Below are positions 38,472 to 51,402 of a stretch of 64,000 bases of DNA, piece after piece. A program made the position numbers and the translations under genes. Origin of the DNA: Escherichia coli (GTDB lineage Bacteria > Pseudomonadota > Gammaproteobacteria > Enterobacterales > Enterobacteriaceae); NCBI RefSeq assembly GCF_044324875.1, contig NZ_CP172185.1; one strand, written 5' to 3'. The notes below the pieces were generated by a model, which was given only the letters and a program-made list of their open reading frames with translations, made no database searches and was not told where the DNA came from. Every line of letters begins with the position of its first letter. The stretch's first letter is position 1.

Positions 38472-39233
38472 ATGCCCGATCAAACACAACAATTTTCGTT
38501 CAAGGTGCTCACCATCAATATTCACAAAGGCTTTACCGCGTTTAACCGACGCTTCATTTTGCCGGAACTTCGCGACGCCGTGCGTACCGTCAGCGCCGAT
38601 ATTGTTTGCCTGCAGGAAGTGATGGGCGCGCACGAAGTTCATCCGCTGCATGTGGAAAACTGGCCCGATACCTCGCACTACGAGTTTCTCGCCGACACCA
38701 TGTGGAGCGATTTCGCCTACGGTCGCAATGCCGTATACCCGGAAGGACATCACGGTAACGCCGTTCTTTCACGTTATCCCATTGAACATTATGAGAATCG
38801 TGATGTTTCGGTCGATGGTGCGGAAAAGCGCGGCGTGCTCTACTGCCGCATTGTGCCGCCGATGACCGGGAAAGCGATTCATGTGATGTGCGTACATCTG
38901 GGCCTGCGTGAGGCGCACCGTCAGGCGCAGCTTGCGATGCTCGCCGAATGGGTGAATGAGCTGCCGGACGGCGAACCGGTATTGGTGGCGGGTGATTTCA
39001 ACGACTGGCGGCAAAAAGCTAATCATCCGTTAAAAGTGCAGGCCGGGCTGGATGAGATATTTACCCGCGCCCACGGACGCCCGGCGCGCACGTTTCCGGT
39101 GCAATTTCCTCTACTACGACTGGACAGGATCTACGTCAAAAATGCCAGCGCCAGCGCGCCAACCGCGTTGCCGCTGCGGACATGGCGACACCTTTCTGAT
39201 CATGCCCCTTTAAGTGCGGAGATTCATTTATGA
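38472..39233 (+). CDS. ybhP: endonuclease/exonuclease/phosphatase-family protein YbhP
   Basis: 253 aa. Confidence 0.9.
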
Positions 39234-40471
39234 AATGTAGCTGGCGCGAAGGCAATAAGATCCAGTTGCTGGAAAACGGCGAGCAATATTATCCCGCGGT
39301 GTTTAAGGCGATTGGCGAGGCGCAAGAACGTATCATTCTTGAAACGTTTATCTGGTTTGAGGATGACGTCGGCAAACAGCTGCATGCGGCGCTACTGGCA
39401 GCAGCACAACGCGGGGTTAAAGCGGAAGTCTTGCTGGATGGCTACGGTTCGCCGGATCTCAGCGATGAGTTTGTCAATGAACTGACGGCAGCTGGCGTGG
39501 TGTTCCGCTACTACGATCCCCGCCCTCGCCTTTTTGGTATGCGCACCAATGTGTTTCGCCGGATGCATCGCAAAATTGTGGTGATCGACGCGCGTATCGC
39601 CTTTATTGGCGGGCTGAATTACTCCGCCGAGCATATGTCCAGCTACGGTCCGGAGGCTAAACAGGATTACGCGGTACGCCTCGAAGGGCCGATTGTCGAA
39701 GATATTCTCCAGTTTGAGCTGGAAAACCTGCCAGGACAGAGCGCGGCACGACGCTGGTGGCGACGTCATCATAAAGCAGAAGAGAACCGCCAGCCGGGAG
39801 AAGCGCAGGTATTGCTGGTCTGGCGCGATAACGAAGAACATCGCGATGATATCGAACGCCACTATCTGAAAATGCTCACTCAGGCGCGGCGAGAAGTCAT
39901 TATCGCCAACGCCTACTTCTTCCCCGGCTATCGATTTTTACACGCCTTGCGTAAAGCGGCACGGCGCGGGGTGCGGATCAAACTGATCATTCAGGGCGAA
40001 CCGGATATGCCGATTGTCAGAGTCGGCGCGCGCTTGCTGTATAACTATCTGGTTAAAGGCGGCGTTCAGGTGTTTGAGTACCGCCGCCGTCCGCTCCACG
40101 GCAAAGTGGCATTGATGGACGATCACTGGGCGACGGTAGGGTCCAGTAATCTCGATCCGCTCAGTTTGTCACTGAATCTCGAAGCAAATGTCATCATCCA
40201 CGATCGTCATTTTAACCAGACGCTGCGTGATAATCTAAACGGCATTATCGCCGCAGATTGTCAGCAGGTCGATGAAACCATGCTGCCGAAACGCACCTGG
40301 TGGAACCTGACTAAAAGCGTGCTGGCCTTCCACTTTTTACGCCACTTCCCGGCTCTGGTGGGCTGGCTTCCGGCACACACACCACGTCTGGCGCAGGTTG
40401 ACCCGCCCGCCCAACCGACAATGGAAACGCAGGATCGGGTAGAAACTGAAAACACGGGGGTAAAACCCTGA
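39230..40471 (+). CDS. clsB: cardiolipin synthase B (phospholipase D family)
   Basis: Two HxK(x)4D motifs ([16 protein letters not shown]); 413 aa. Confidence 0.9.
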
Positions 40472-41427
40472 TGAGTAAATCACACCCGCGCTGGCGCTTA
40501 GCAAAGAAGATCCTCACCTGGCTGTTTTTTATCGCGGTGATTGTGTTGCTGGTGGTCTACGCCAAAAAGGTGGACTGGGAAGAGGTCTGGAAGGTCATCC
40601 GCGACTACAATCGCGTTGCGTTGCTCAGTGCGGTCGGGCTGGTGGTCGTCAGCTATCTGATTTACGGCTGCTATGACCTGCTCGCCCGCTTTTACTGCGG
40701 TCACAAACTGGCGAAGCGCCAGGTGATGCTGGTGTCGTTTATCTGCTACGCCTTCAACCTGACGCTCAGTACCTGGGTCGGCGGCATTGGTATGCGCTAT
40801 CGCTTGTACTCCCGGCTAGGGTTACCGGGCAGCACTATCACGCGGATTTTCTCGCTGAGTATTACCACCAACTGGCTGGGCTATATTTTACTGGCAGGGA
40901 TTATCTTTACCGCAGGCGTGGTGGAGTTGCCGGATCACTGGTATGTCGATCAAACTACACTGCGTATTCTCGGCATTGGCTTATTGATGATTATCGCGGT
41001 TTATTTGTGGTTTTGCGCTTTCGCGAAGCACCGCCATATGACCATCAAAGGGCAAAAACTGGTGCTGCCTTCATGGAAATTTGCCCTCGCCCAGATGCTG
41101 ATTTCCAGCGTTAACTGGATGGTAATGGGAGCAATTATCTGGCTGTTACTTGGTCAAAGCGTGAACTATTTCTTTGTACTGGGCGTGTTGCTGGTTAGTA
41201 GTATTGCCGGGGTGATTGTGCATATTCCGGCGGGGATTGGTGTGCTGGAAGCGGTATTTATCGCGCTACTGGCTGGGGAGCATACCTCCAAAGGCACAAT
41301 TATCGCCGCCCTGCTCGCTTACCGTGTGCTGTATTACTTTATCCCGCTGCTGCTGGCGCTGATCTGTTACCTGTTGCTGGAAAGCCAGGCGAAGAAGCTA
41401 CGAGCGAAAAATGAAGCGGCGATGTGA
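40471..41427 (+). CDS. ybhN: inner membrane protein YbhN
   Basis: 318 aa multi-TM protein directly downstream of clsB. Confidence 0.9.
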   Translation: MSKSHPRWRLAKKILTWLFFIAVIVLLVVYAKKVDWEEVWKVIRDYNRVALLSAVGLVVVSYLIYGCYDLLARFYCGHKLAKRQVMLVSFICYAFNLTLSTWVGGIGMRYRLYSRLGLPGSTITRIFSLSITTNWLGYILLAGIIFTAGVVELPDHWYVDQTTLRILGIGLLMIIAVYLWFCAFAKHRHMTIKGQKLVLPSWKFALAQMLISSVNWMVMGAIIWLLLGQSVNYFFVLGVLLVSSIAGVIVHIPAGIGVLEAVFIALLAGEHTSKGTIIAALLAYRVLYYFIPLLLALICYLLLESQAKKLRAKNEAAM

Positions 41428-41462
41428 AGTTTAGTTAAGTTCTTTAGTATGTGCATTTACGA

Positions 41463-42176
41463 CTAATGAAAAAAACGCGTATGCCTTTGCCAGACAAGCG
41501 TTATCGCTATTGCTGCAAGAATCCCAAAGAAGCCGATAAAATAGTAATAGTGTGTTAATGCACCTGTAACAGCGCAACGAACCGGACTCCACAACTCTTC
41601 GCTATGGCATTTTCCTGCCAGTTCAAGGAGCTTATTTCGTCCATGCGAGATAATGCCTGACCATAAAACAATCATTAAGCAACTTATTACCCAAATGGGC
41701 CGTTCACTCATTAATGCGGCATTCACGATGATCACCAGGGCCAACCCTGTCAACGTCATCATAATGATAAAACGGTGAGAACCAGGATCAACATTAAATA
41801 ATAAACCGGCCAGCATACTGATTAAAAACATCGCGCCCGCAGTGCTGAACACAAGGATAATGGCAGATACAGGAACTAAACTTGCAACGACAATCGCCAC
41901 CAAAGAGAGTAAAAACAGATATATTACGCCTGCGATGGCGGCATTTATCTTGTTGATATCCTTACTTAAACCATACATAGAAAGTAATAATAATCCTATG
42001 GCGACATACATTTGCGGTGAATCATATTTTGTTGCCGTAATTTCGAGATGCTTAGCTCCCCAGGCCAGTCCTGCGGTTGCCACCAAACCTAAAGCGGTAA
42101 TAAGCCATACGCCGTTTAATATCCTGGCTTCGTGCTGAAAATCTAATTTATTGCTGTTTTGCGAGTATGATTCCAT
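41463..42176 (-). CDS. ybhM: inner membrane protein YbhM (BAX inhibitor-1-like family)
   Basis: 237 aa multi-TM protein. Confidence 0.85.
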   Translation of the reverse strand: MESYSQNSNKLDFQHEARILNGVWLITALGLVATAGLAWGAKHLEITATKYDSPQMYVAIGLLLLSMYGLSKDINKINAAIAGVIYLFLLSLVAIVVASLVPVSAIILVFSTAGAMFLISMLAGLLFNVDPGSHRFIIMMTLTGLALVIIVNAALMSERPIWVISCLMIVLWSGIISHGRNKLLELAGKCHSEELWSPVRCAVTGALTHYYYFIGFFGILAAIAITLVWQRHTRFFH

Positions 42177-42380
42177 TCTTTAGTTATCCTTAGAAAAAAC
42201 ATTAATATTCACCATCAATAAATTTAAAACCACGCATACAAAATACTTTTGTATTTATGGATACGGAAAACACTTCCGCTCGGCCATAAGGCATATTTTA
42301 TACCTGATACTTGTTAAGTGTCGTTTTTAGTAAGAAAAAAAATCCCGACACATGGCCGGGATATTGATGGTGAAAAAGAA

Positions 42381-43085
42381 TTAACGGCGGTTGCCGAAGA
42401 TCCGCAACAACATCAGGAACAAGTTGATGAAGTCCAGATACAAGGTTAACGCGCCAAGAATGGAATATTTGCGCAGGTTCGACGTGTCGCGGGTATCAAT
42501 CTGCTCACCCATATTTTTCAATTTCTGAGTGTCATACGCCGTCAATCCGACAAAGACAATCACGCCGATGTAGGTAACTGCCCACATCAACGCTTCGCTT
42601 TTCAGCCAGAAGTTGACCAGCGATGCCAGCACAATGCCGATTAACGCCATAAACAGCATATTGCCAAAGCCGCTTAGATCGCGCTTCGTGGTGTAACCGT
42701 ACAGGCTCATTGCGCCGAACATCCCGGCAGTAACGACGAAAGTACTGGCGATAGAAGCAGCGGTATAGACAATGAAAATACTGGAAAGCGTAAGACCCGT
42801 CAGCGCCGAATAAAGCATAAAGAGCATCGTCGTTACACCTGCGCTCAGCTTTTGAATCATCGCTGATAACACAATAACCAATGCTAATTGCGCGATGATC
42901 AGACCGATTAAAAAGACACGGTTAGTGAACAACAGCTCCATCACGGCCGCGGAATTAGCCGCATACCAGGCAACAAATGCGGTCAGCAACAAGCCAACGG
43001 TCATCCAGCCATAGACTTGCGCCATATAAGTTTGCAAGCCAGCCCGGGGTTGTACAATTGAATCAGAACGTGGGAATCTGTCCAT
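42381..43085 (-). CDS. ybhL: BAX inhibitor-1/YccA-family inner membrane protein YbhL
   Basis: Start trimmed to MDRFPRSDSIVQPRAGLQTYMAQVYGWM... (234 aa). Confidence 0.9.
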   Translation of the reverse strand: MDRFPRSDSIVQPRAGLQTYMAQVYGWMTVGLLLTAFVAWYAANSAAVMELLFTNRVFLIGLIIAQLALVIVLSAMIQKLSAGVTTMLFMLYSALTGLTLSSIFIVYTAASIASTFVVTAGMFGAMSLYGYTTKRDLSGFGNMLFMALIGIVLASLVNFWLKSEALMWAVTYIGVIVFVGLTAYDTQKLKNMGEQIDTRDTSNLRKYSILGALTLYLDFINLFLMLLRIFGNRR

Positions 43086-43221
43086 GACGATCTCCTGAAG
43101 ATATAAGGAATATCTTAAGGATACTGCAAAATGATGAGGCTGTGCATCGACGCAGCGTAAACGCATGTACTGAGCGGTGAAATTGCCGGACGCAGCGGTG
43201 CCTTATCCGGCTAACAAAAAA

Positions 43222-43674
43222 CTACCAGCGTTTTGCCGCCTGCTGATCGCTCTCCCGAGCTTCGACCCAGCGGTCGCCTTCCGGCGTGGCTTCGCGCTTC
43301 CAGAACGGTGCGCGGGTTTTGAGATAATCCATAATAAACTGCCCGGCTTCAAACGCACTGCTGCGATGCGCACTGGTGACACCGACAAAAACGATTTCAT
43401 CGCCCGGCCATAATTCCCCGATGCGGTGAATCACCGTGACGCGCCCCAGCAGCCAGCGGTTACGCGCTTCATCGACAATTTCTGCCAGTGCTTTTTCAGT
43501 CATCCCCGGATAGTGTTCGAGGGTTAATGCTTTGACGCTGTCGCCAAGGTTATGGTTGCGCACCTTACCGGTAAAGGTGACTACCGCACCGTCTTCATCA
43601 CGCTCCGCCAGCCACGGATACTCTTCTCCTACGCTGAATGGCTGCGGGCCGACAACAATTTTGGTTTCTGCCAT
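43222..43674 (-). CDS. moaE: molybdopterin synthase catalytic subunit MoaE
   Basis: 150 aa. Confidence 0.95.
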   Translation of the reverse strand: MAETKIVVGPQPFSVGEEYPWLAERDEDGAVVTFTGKVRNHNLGDSVKALTLEHYPGMTEKALAEIVDEARNRWLLGRVTVIHRIGELWPGDEIVFVGVTSAHRSSAFEAGQFIMDYLKTRAPFWKREATPEGDRWVEARESDQQAAKRW

Positions 43675-43675
43675 C

Positions 43676-43921
43676 TTAACCTCCGGTTACCGGCGGGAAG
43701 AAAGCTACTTCGTCGCCGTCAGTCAGCGGATGGTCAAAACTCACCAGCGTCTGGTTGACGGCAGCCAGCAATTTGCCATCTTCCAGCGCCAGCGCCCAGC
43801 GATCGCTCTGCGCAGCCAGGTGCTGGCGTAACGCTTCAACGGTTGGGAAATCCGCAGCTACTTCGGTTGCATCTGTTCCCACCAACTCGCGCACCTGGGC
43901 GAAAAAAAGAACTTTAATCAT
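43676..43921 (-). CDS. moaD: molybdopterin synthase sulfur-carrier subunit MoaD
   Basis: 81 aa ending in GG (…FFPPVTGG); start trimmed to [12 protein letters not shown]. Confidence 0.95.
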
Positions 43922-44399
43922 CCGCTTCCACCTTAAAGTCACCCGACTTGCCGCCGCTCTTCGCCAGCAAACGTACCGGACCAATCACCATATCTTTTTG
44001 CACCGCTTTGCACATGTCATAAATGGTCAGCGCCGCCACGGAGGCCGCGGTTAATGCTTCCATTTCGACACCGGTTTTCCCGGTCAGGCGGCATAAGGTT
44101 TCTATACGTACCCGATTGTGCTCCGGCTCGGCCTGTAAATTGACTTCAACTTTGCTGAGCATCAGCGGGTGACAGAGCGGGATCAGATCCCAGGTGCGTT
44201 TTGCCGCCTGAATACCGGCAATACGCGCAGTGGCAAATACGTCGCCTTTGTGGTGGCGACCATCAATAATCATCGCCAGCGTCTCGCTGCGCATGGTGAC
44301 AAAGGCTTCGGCGCGCGCTTCACGCACGGTTTCCGCTTTGGCGGAGACATCCACCATGTGCGCTTCGCCAGCGGCGTTGATATGGGTCAGTTGCGACAT
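43914..44399 (-). CDS. moaC: cyclic pyranopterin monophosphate synthase MoaC
   Basis: 161 aa. Confidence 0.95.
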
Positions 44400-44401
44400 A
44401 C

Positions 44402-44914
44402 TTATTTCTTCAAATGTGGATGGAAATTACACGGACGCGTACGGGCATCCAGCTGCGGCGCGATGATATTTTCCCATGCGGTACGGCACGCTTTGGTCGA
44501 ACCCGGCATGGCGAAAATCAGCGTTTTGTTAGCGACGCCCGCTACCGCACGAGATTGCAACGTTGAGGTGCCAATCTCTTCGAACGACAACATCCGGAAC
44601 ACTTCACCAAAACCTTCAACCTCACGGTCGAACAACGGCAGCAGCGCTTCGGGAGCCTGATCACCTTCCGTCAGGCCAGTACCCCCCGTAATCAATACCA
44701 CTTGTACATCGTCGCTGGCGATCCACGCAGATACCTGAGCGCGAATAGCGTAGCGGTTTTCTTTCACAATGGCTTTATCGACAACGTGATGACCCGCTTC
44801 TTGCGCCGAATCGCGCAGATAGTGACCGGAGGTATCGTCTTCTTCACCGCGACGATTAGAAACCGTAAGAATAGCAATACGGGTCGGGATAAATTCAGTG
44901 CTTACCTGACTCAT
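44402..44914 (-). CDS. moaB: molybdenum cofactor biosynthesis protein MoaB
   Basis: 170 aa. Confidence 0.95.
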
Positions 44915-44935
44915 CTGATCTCTCCTTTTGACGTT

Positions 44936-45925
44936 TTAGCCGCCAATGTACGATAAGTTTTGCGTAATACCGGTGTTATTTTGATGCAGGAAATGGGTCT
45001 GTTTCTTCTCCCGCAGCGCCGCTGAAATACGCGCTTCCAGCGCCTGTTGCTGGGTATCGTCTTCCAGCAGATCGCGCAGGTTAACGCCGCCCTCACCAAA
45101 CAGGCAGAGATGGAGTTTACCAATGGAGGAAACGCGCAGGCGGTTGCAAGTGGCGCAGAAGTCTTTTTCATACGGCATGATAAGGCCAATCTCTCCGGCA
45201 TAATCTGGATGGCAAAAGACTTGCGCGGGACCGTCGCTGCGTTGACGTAATTGGTGGATCCAGCCGCGACGCAGTAGCTCGTCACGCAGAACCTGACCAG
45301 AGATGTGATGCTTACGGAAGAGCTCGCTGCCCTCGCCCGTTTCCATCAGTTCGATGAAACGCAGCTGGATGGGACGATGCTGTATCCAGTTCAGAAAGGT
45401 GTCGAGCTGATGATGATTAACATCACGCATCAGCACGGTATTGACTTTGACCTTCTCAAAACCGGCCTCAAATGCAGCATCGATCCCTGCCATGACCTGG
45501 TTGAATTTATCCTGCCCGGTAATAGCGTGAAACTGGCGGGCGTCCAGACTATCAACGCTGACGTTGATGCCAGTAAGTCCAGCATCGCGCCAGTTCGCCA
45601 CATCGCGTTCCAGACGGTAACCATTGGTGGTGACCGCAATCTGGCGGATAGCGTCGTTTTCTCGCACAGCGGCGATGATATCGGTAAAGTCGCGGCGTAA
45701 AGACGGCTCACCACCTGTCAGACGGACTTTTTCGGTGCCCAGACTGGCGAAGGCGCGTGTAACCCGGCGAATTTCATCGACGGTAAGAAAGCCTTTATTG
45801 GTGACGCCGCTCGGTTTGTAGCCATCCGGCAGGCAGTAGGTGCAACGAAAGTTACACACATCGGTAATCGACAGGCGCAAGTAGTAAAACTTACGCGCAA
45901 ATGCATCAGTCAGTTGTGAAGCCAT
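44936..45925 (-). CDS. moaA: GTP 3',8-cyclase MoaA (radical SAM)
   Basis: CNFRCTYC radical-SAM cluster motif; start trimmed to [24 protein letters not shown] (329 aa). Confidence 0.95.
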
Positions 45926-45929
45926 GTAC

Positions 45930-46075
45930 ACCTTTCCAGATACGGGAGGCGAAGTCATTTCTTCCTTCGCCCTGGTGGCAATCTTTACGAGCATTGTCAC
46001 GGCCAAAGCACCGTATCAGTTGACCCAGGTGCAGAGGCTAGAGTGTTTAGTGGTTAAGCCGATACTAGCGCGTAA
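45930..46075 (-). ncRNA. expected molybdenum-cofactor (Moco) riboswitch in the moaA 5' leader
   Basis: Placed by established knowledge that the E. coli moaABCDE leader carries the Moco RNA motif; I did not verify the conserved structure base by base. Confidence 0.45.
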
Positions 46076-46261
46076 ATGAGATTTTTACCATCCACACTTT
46101 CGCTATGTAATCATGTATATAGCGTCATAATCGTGCTATTTCGCTACAGAATAAGGGAAAATGGCGGTTTTACTTTGATATACATCATCAGAGAGGCATA
46201 GCGTGCATCGTCCTTTAGAGGTAGAAGAAAATAGTTTGTATCCTCAATATTGGCAGGTTAA

Positions 46262-47230
<969 letters not shown>

Positions 47231-47376
47231 TGTGGCCGAGATTGCTGACCAGGCTTCTGGTGCAATGCGACCTGTTCCCCTCACCCTCTCCCCGGAGGGA
47301 CGAGGGGACCGTTCGAGCACTTTTTTGACTTGATCGTTAATCTGAACCGGAAGAACATTCCGGCTTTTTCATCTTG

Positions 47377-49398
47377 TCACGACGCGGCAATGAACAATTC
47401 ACGCAGCTGATGCAACTGGTCACGAATTTGCGCCGCTTCTTCGAACTCCAGATTCTGCGCGTGTTGCATCATCAACCCTTCCAGTTCATGGATCTTCTGC
47501 TGCAACGCTTTAGGCGACATATCCATCGGCACATTATCCGGCTCAACAATCGGTCGCGATTTTCCTCTGCCCTTCGCTTTGGTTTTAGCAATGTTCTGCC
47601 CCAGCGCCAGGATATCGACCACTTTCTTGTTCAAGCCCTGCGGCGTAATACCGTGTTCCTCGTTGTACTTCTGCTGTTTCTCGCGGCGACGTTCGGTTTC
47701 GCCAATCGCTTTCGCCATTGACGGGGTGATCTTATCGCCGTAGAGAATCGCTTTACCGTTAACGTTACGCGCCGCACGACCAATAGTCTGGATCAACGAA
47801 CGTTCAGAACGCAGGAAGCCTTCTTTGTCGGCGTCGAGGATCGCCACCAGCGACACTTCTGGCATATCCAGACCTTCGCGCAGTAAGTTGATCCCCACCA
47901 GCACGTCGAACTCGCCCAGACGCAAGTCGCGGATAATCTCCATACGCTCGACGGTGTCGATATCGGAGTGAAGATAACGCACGCGCTCGCCGTGTTCTTC
48001 GAGATATTCCGTGAGATCTTCCGCCATTCGCTTGGTCAGAGTTGTAACCAGTACGCGTTCGTTAATTGCCGCTCGCTGACGAATCTCCGATAGAAGATCA
48101 TCGACCTGTGTCGCCACCGGCCGCACTTCAATTATCGGGTCAAGCAATCCGGTTGGACGCACCACCTGATCCACCACATCGCCGCCGGATTTTTCCAGCT
48201 CGTAATTACCCGGCGTCGCCGAAACATAGATGGTTTGCGGCGCTAATGCTTCGAACTCTTCAAATTTCAGCGGACGGTTATCCAGCGCTGATGGCAGGCG
48301 GAAGCCGTACTCCACCAGCGTCTCTTTACGCGCCCGGTCACCGCGATACATGCCGCCAATTTGCGGAATGGTGACGTGTGATTCATCGACCACCAGCAGC
48401 CCATCGGCAGGCAGGTAATCAAACAGCGTCGGCGGTGGCTCACCCGGTCCACGACCGGAGAGGAAGCGCGAGTAGTTCTCAATCCCAGAACAGTAGCCCA
48501 GCTCGTTCATCATCTCCAGATCAAACTGGGTACGCTGGGTCAGCCGCTGCTCTTCAAGCAACTTGTTGTTCTCCAACAGCACTTTGCGTCTGGCGGCCAG
48601 TTCTTCTTTGATCTCTTCCATCGCCTGTACGATGCGCTCGCGCGGCGTGACGTAGTGCGTTTTCGGGTAGATGGTAAAACGTGGAATAGTGGAAACAATC
48701 TGCCCGGTGAGCGGGTCAAATAACGACAATCGTTCCACTTCCTCGTCAAACAGCTCCACGCGAAGTGCAATGTCATCCGATTCTGCTGGGAAGATATCAA
48801 TCACCTCACCACGAACGCGGAAAGTACCACGCTGGAATGCCTGATCATTACGAGCGTATTGCAGCTCCGCCAGTCGGCGCAGGATCGCGCGCTGATCGAT
48901 AATCATGCCGACCGTGAGATGGAGCATCATCTTGAGATATAAATCAGGATCGCCCAGACCATAAATCGCGGAAACAGACGCCACCACAACCACATCACGC
49001 CGCTCCAGCATCGCTTTGGTGGCGGACAAACGCATCTGTTCAATATGTTCGTTAACCGAGGCATCTTTCTCAATGAAGGTGTCGGAACTCGGTACATAGG
49101 CTTCCGGCTGATAGTAGTCGTAGTAGGAGACGAAATATTCCACCGCGTTTTCCGGGAAGAACTCTTTCATTTCGCCATACAACTGGGCCGCCAGCGTTTT
49201 GTTGGGCGCAAGTACCATGGTAGGGCGCTGAAGATCAGCAATGACATTGGCAATGGTGAAGGTTTTCCCGGAGCCAGTCACGCCAAGTAACGTCTGATGC
49301 GCCAGGCCATCTTCCAGCCCCTCTTCGAGACGTCGAATCGCCTCTGGCTGATCGCCAGAAGGTTTAAAAGCGGAATTCAGTTTGAACGGTTTACTCAT
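47377..49398 (-). CDS. uvrB: excinuclease ABC subunit B
   Basis: 673 aa, [48 protein letters not shown]... Confidence 0.97.
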
Positions 49399-49474
49399 GA
49401 GTCGCTACCTGAAGGAGTTGGGCGGGCAGGTATGTAATTTTACTCGTCGTACTTAATTATGCCAACAAATTATA

Positions 49475-49490
49475 CTGGATAAAAAAACAG
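49475..49490 (-). promoter_or_regulatory. LexA (SOS) box of uvrB
   Basis: CTGGATAAAAAAACAG on the plus strand (CTG-N10-CAG), upstream of uvrB. Confidence 0.75.
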
Positions 49491-49976
49491 TTCCTCACCA
49501 TAATATTTCTGTTACAGCGTAAACTCCGCTGTCAATCATGAGCAAAATTTACTCTGTGGCGAGATAAAACTCCGGCCTTACCGGGTTATCCCCAAAGCAA
49601 CGGCTTTTTTAACATTTGTCAAGATGAGTGATGACAGTTTTATGGCAAGAGATGCCTCTTCAGTGACTGCCATTGCAATTATCTAACCAGTTAAAAAATA
49701 AAAGATATTTCTTTAAGCCGTCTTTAACGCCAATTCGCGTGCAAGCCGCGTATTCTCTCGCTTGCCTCGTGTTTTCTAACTCTAATACACATGGTTATCC
49801 ACAGGAATAGTGGATAACTGTCTGCAGCCCCTATCCCCCGCCGCCTGGGCAATTCCCACATTCATCGCATGATGCGGAAGTAAAATTTTTTTCGTGATTA
49901 TTTTAGAATTTAATTGGTTAAATTGCAGTCAATCGAAGACGCGATCTCGCTCGCAATTTAACCAAATACAGGATGG

Positions 49977-50654
49977 CTACAACAAGGCAAGGTTTATGTA
50001 CTTTCCGGTTGCCGCATTTTCTGGATTTTCTGCAAGCCAGGGAATTTCGCCCACCAGCGGAGCGGGAATCATGCGGGTGAGCGTGGTCATATATTCAGCG
50101 TGACGTTTTCCAGGAGGCGTGACATCATTCGCCACCCAACCCGCCAGAGTCAGTCCGGCGTGTTGTATTGCCTGTGCCGTCAACATCGCGTGATTAATAC
50201 AGCCGAGTTTCACACCAACTACCAGTATCACCGGCAGTTGTTCCTGTGTTACCCAATCTGCAAAAGTGAAAGTGTCAGAAAGCGGCGTAAACCAGCCGCC
50301 AGCACCTTCCACTAACACCCAGTCAGCCTGTTGTTCAAGCGCGCGTAATCCGGCGCTCATTACCAATGATTCTATCGGCCTGCCCTCTTGTGCGCTGATG
50401 ATGTGCGGCGAAGTGGGTTCTGCGAAGGTGTAAGGATTTACCGTTGCGTAATCCAGCTGCAGGCTGCTGTTGCGCTGTAACGCCAGCGCGTCACTATTAC
50501 GTAAGCCTTCCGGGGTCTTTTCGCTGCCAGAGGCGACCGGTTTATAACCTGCCGTCCGATAACCTGCTGCCTTCGCGGCTTGTAAAAGTGCACAACTGGC
50601 GACAGTTTTCCCCACTTCGGTATCCGTTCCGGTGACAAAATAACGTTTACTCAC
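49977..50654 (-). CDS. bioD: dethiobiotin synthetase BioD
   Basis: 225 aa if started at the GTG at 50654 (…[16 protein letters not shown]…); the ORF track starts 6 nt further upstream at a TTG. Confidence 0.9.
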   Translation of the reverse strand: MSKRYFVTGTDTEVGKTVASCALLQAAKAAGYRTAGYKPVASGSEKTPEGLRNSDALALQRNSSLQLDYATVNPYTFAEPTSPHIISAQEGRPIESLVMSAGLRALEQQADWVLVEGAGGWFTPLSDTFTFADWVTQEQLPVILVVGVKLGCINHAMLTAQAIQHAGLTLAGWVANDVTPPGKRHAEYMTTLTRMIPAPLVGEIPWLAENPENAATGKYINLALL

Positions 50655-51402
50655 GAGCAATCACTCCCAAAAAAAGATGATACGTCAGAGGATATCGCCC
50701 CTGTTGTTGCGGCCATGCCAGTTGCAATCGCTGCAACTGCGAACGCGTTAATATTCGTGGGTAGCGCCCTTCATGAAGATGCGTGGCACCGATGCCTTTC
50801 AGCGAACGCATAGCACTGAGCGCATCATCAAACCACAGCGTGATGGGCTGAATATGATGTTGATAATGCACTCCGTTCAGCGACTGTTCGATTTCATCTG
50901 GCGGTAAAAAGCGATTAGCATGCGGGCGCTCGTCCACCGCCTGCCACGCCTGATGTAATTCAGGGAGCGATCCCTGCACCAGCGTGGTAAACGCGACCAC
51001 GCCTCCGGGGCGCACCACCCGATACAGCTCGCGAAGTGCCGTGGATAAATTACCGCACCACTGCACCGCGAGATTGCTCCATGCAAGATCGAACGTCGCA
51101 GTCGCTAACGGCAGGGATTCGATATCTCCCGCCAGATAATGGTCTGCGGCATCTTTATGGCGTGCCTGAACAAGCATTGGCGGCGAGAGATCTAACGCCG
51201 TCACCTGCGCGTGACGCTCTCTCCAATGGCGGCTCATCCAGCCAGGTCCACAACCCGCGTCCAGTACGTGGGTGTATTTACGCTGTGGGAGCGTTGCCAG
51301 TAAGACGTCAGCACTCTGGCGCTGTAACTCTGCGTGTTGCTCATAGTGCGCGGCTGCCCGACCAAATGCCGCTGCAATGGCTTGTTTATTAACCGTTGCC
51401 AT
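50647..51402 (-). CDS. bioC: malonyl-ACP O-methyltransferase BioC
   Basis: Start trimmed to [27 protein letters not shown] (251 aa). Confidence 0.92.
   Translation of the reverse strand: MATVNKQAIAAAFGRAAAHYEQHAELQRQSADVLLATLPQRKYTHVLDAGCGPGWMSRHWRERHAQVTALDLSPPMLVQARHKDAADHYLAGDIESLPLATATFDLAWSNLAVQWCGNLSTALRELYRVVRPGGVVAFTTLVQGSLPELHQAWQAVDERPHANRFLPPDEIEQSLNGVHYQHHIQPITLWFDDALSAMRSLKGIGATHLHEGRYPRILTRSQLQRLQLAWPQQQGRYPLTYHLFLGVIARE

Noticed and set aside
47281-47310. GC-rich CCCCTCACCCTCTCCCCGGAGGGACGAGGGGA-type elements here and at 14461-14500, considered as possible CRISPR or other repeats
   Set aside because: Single copies without regular spacers; they look like ordinary E. coli intergenic palindromic elements.
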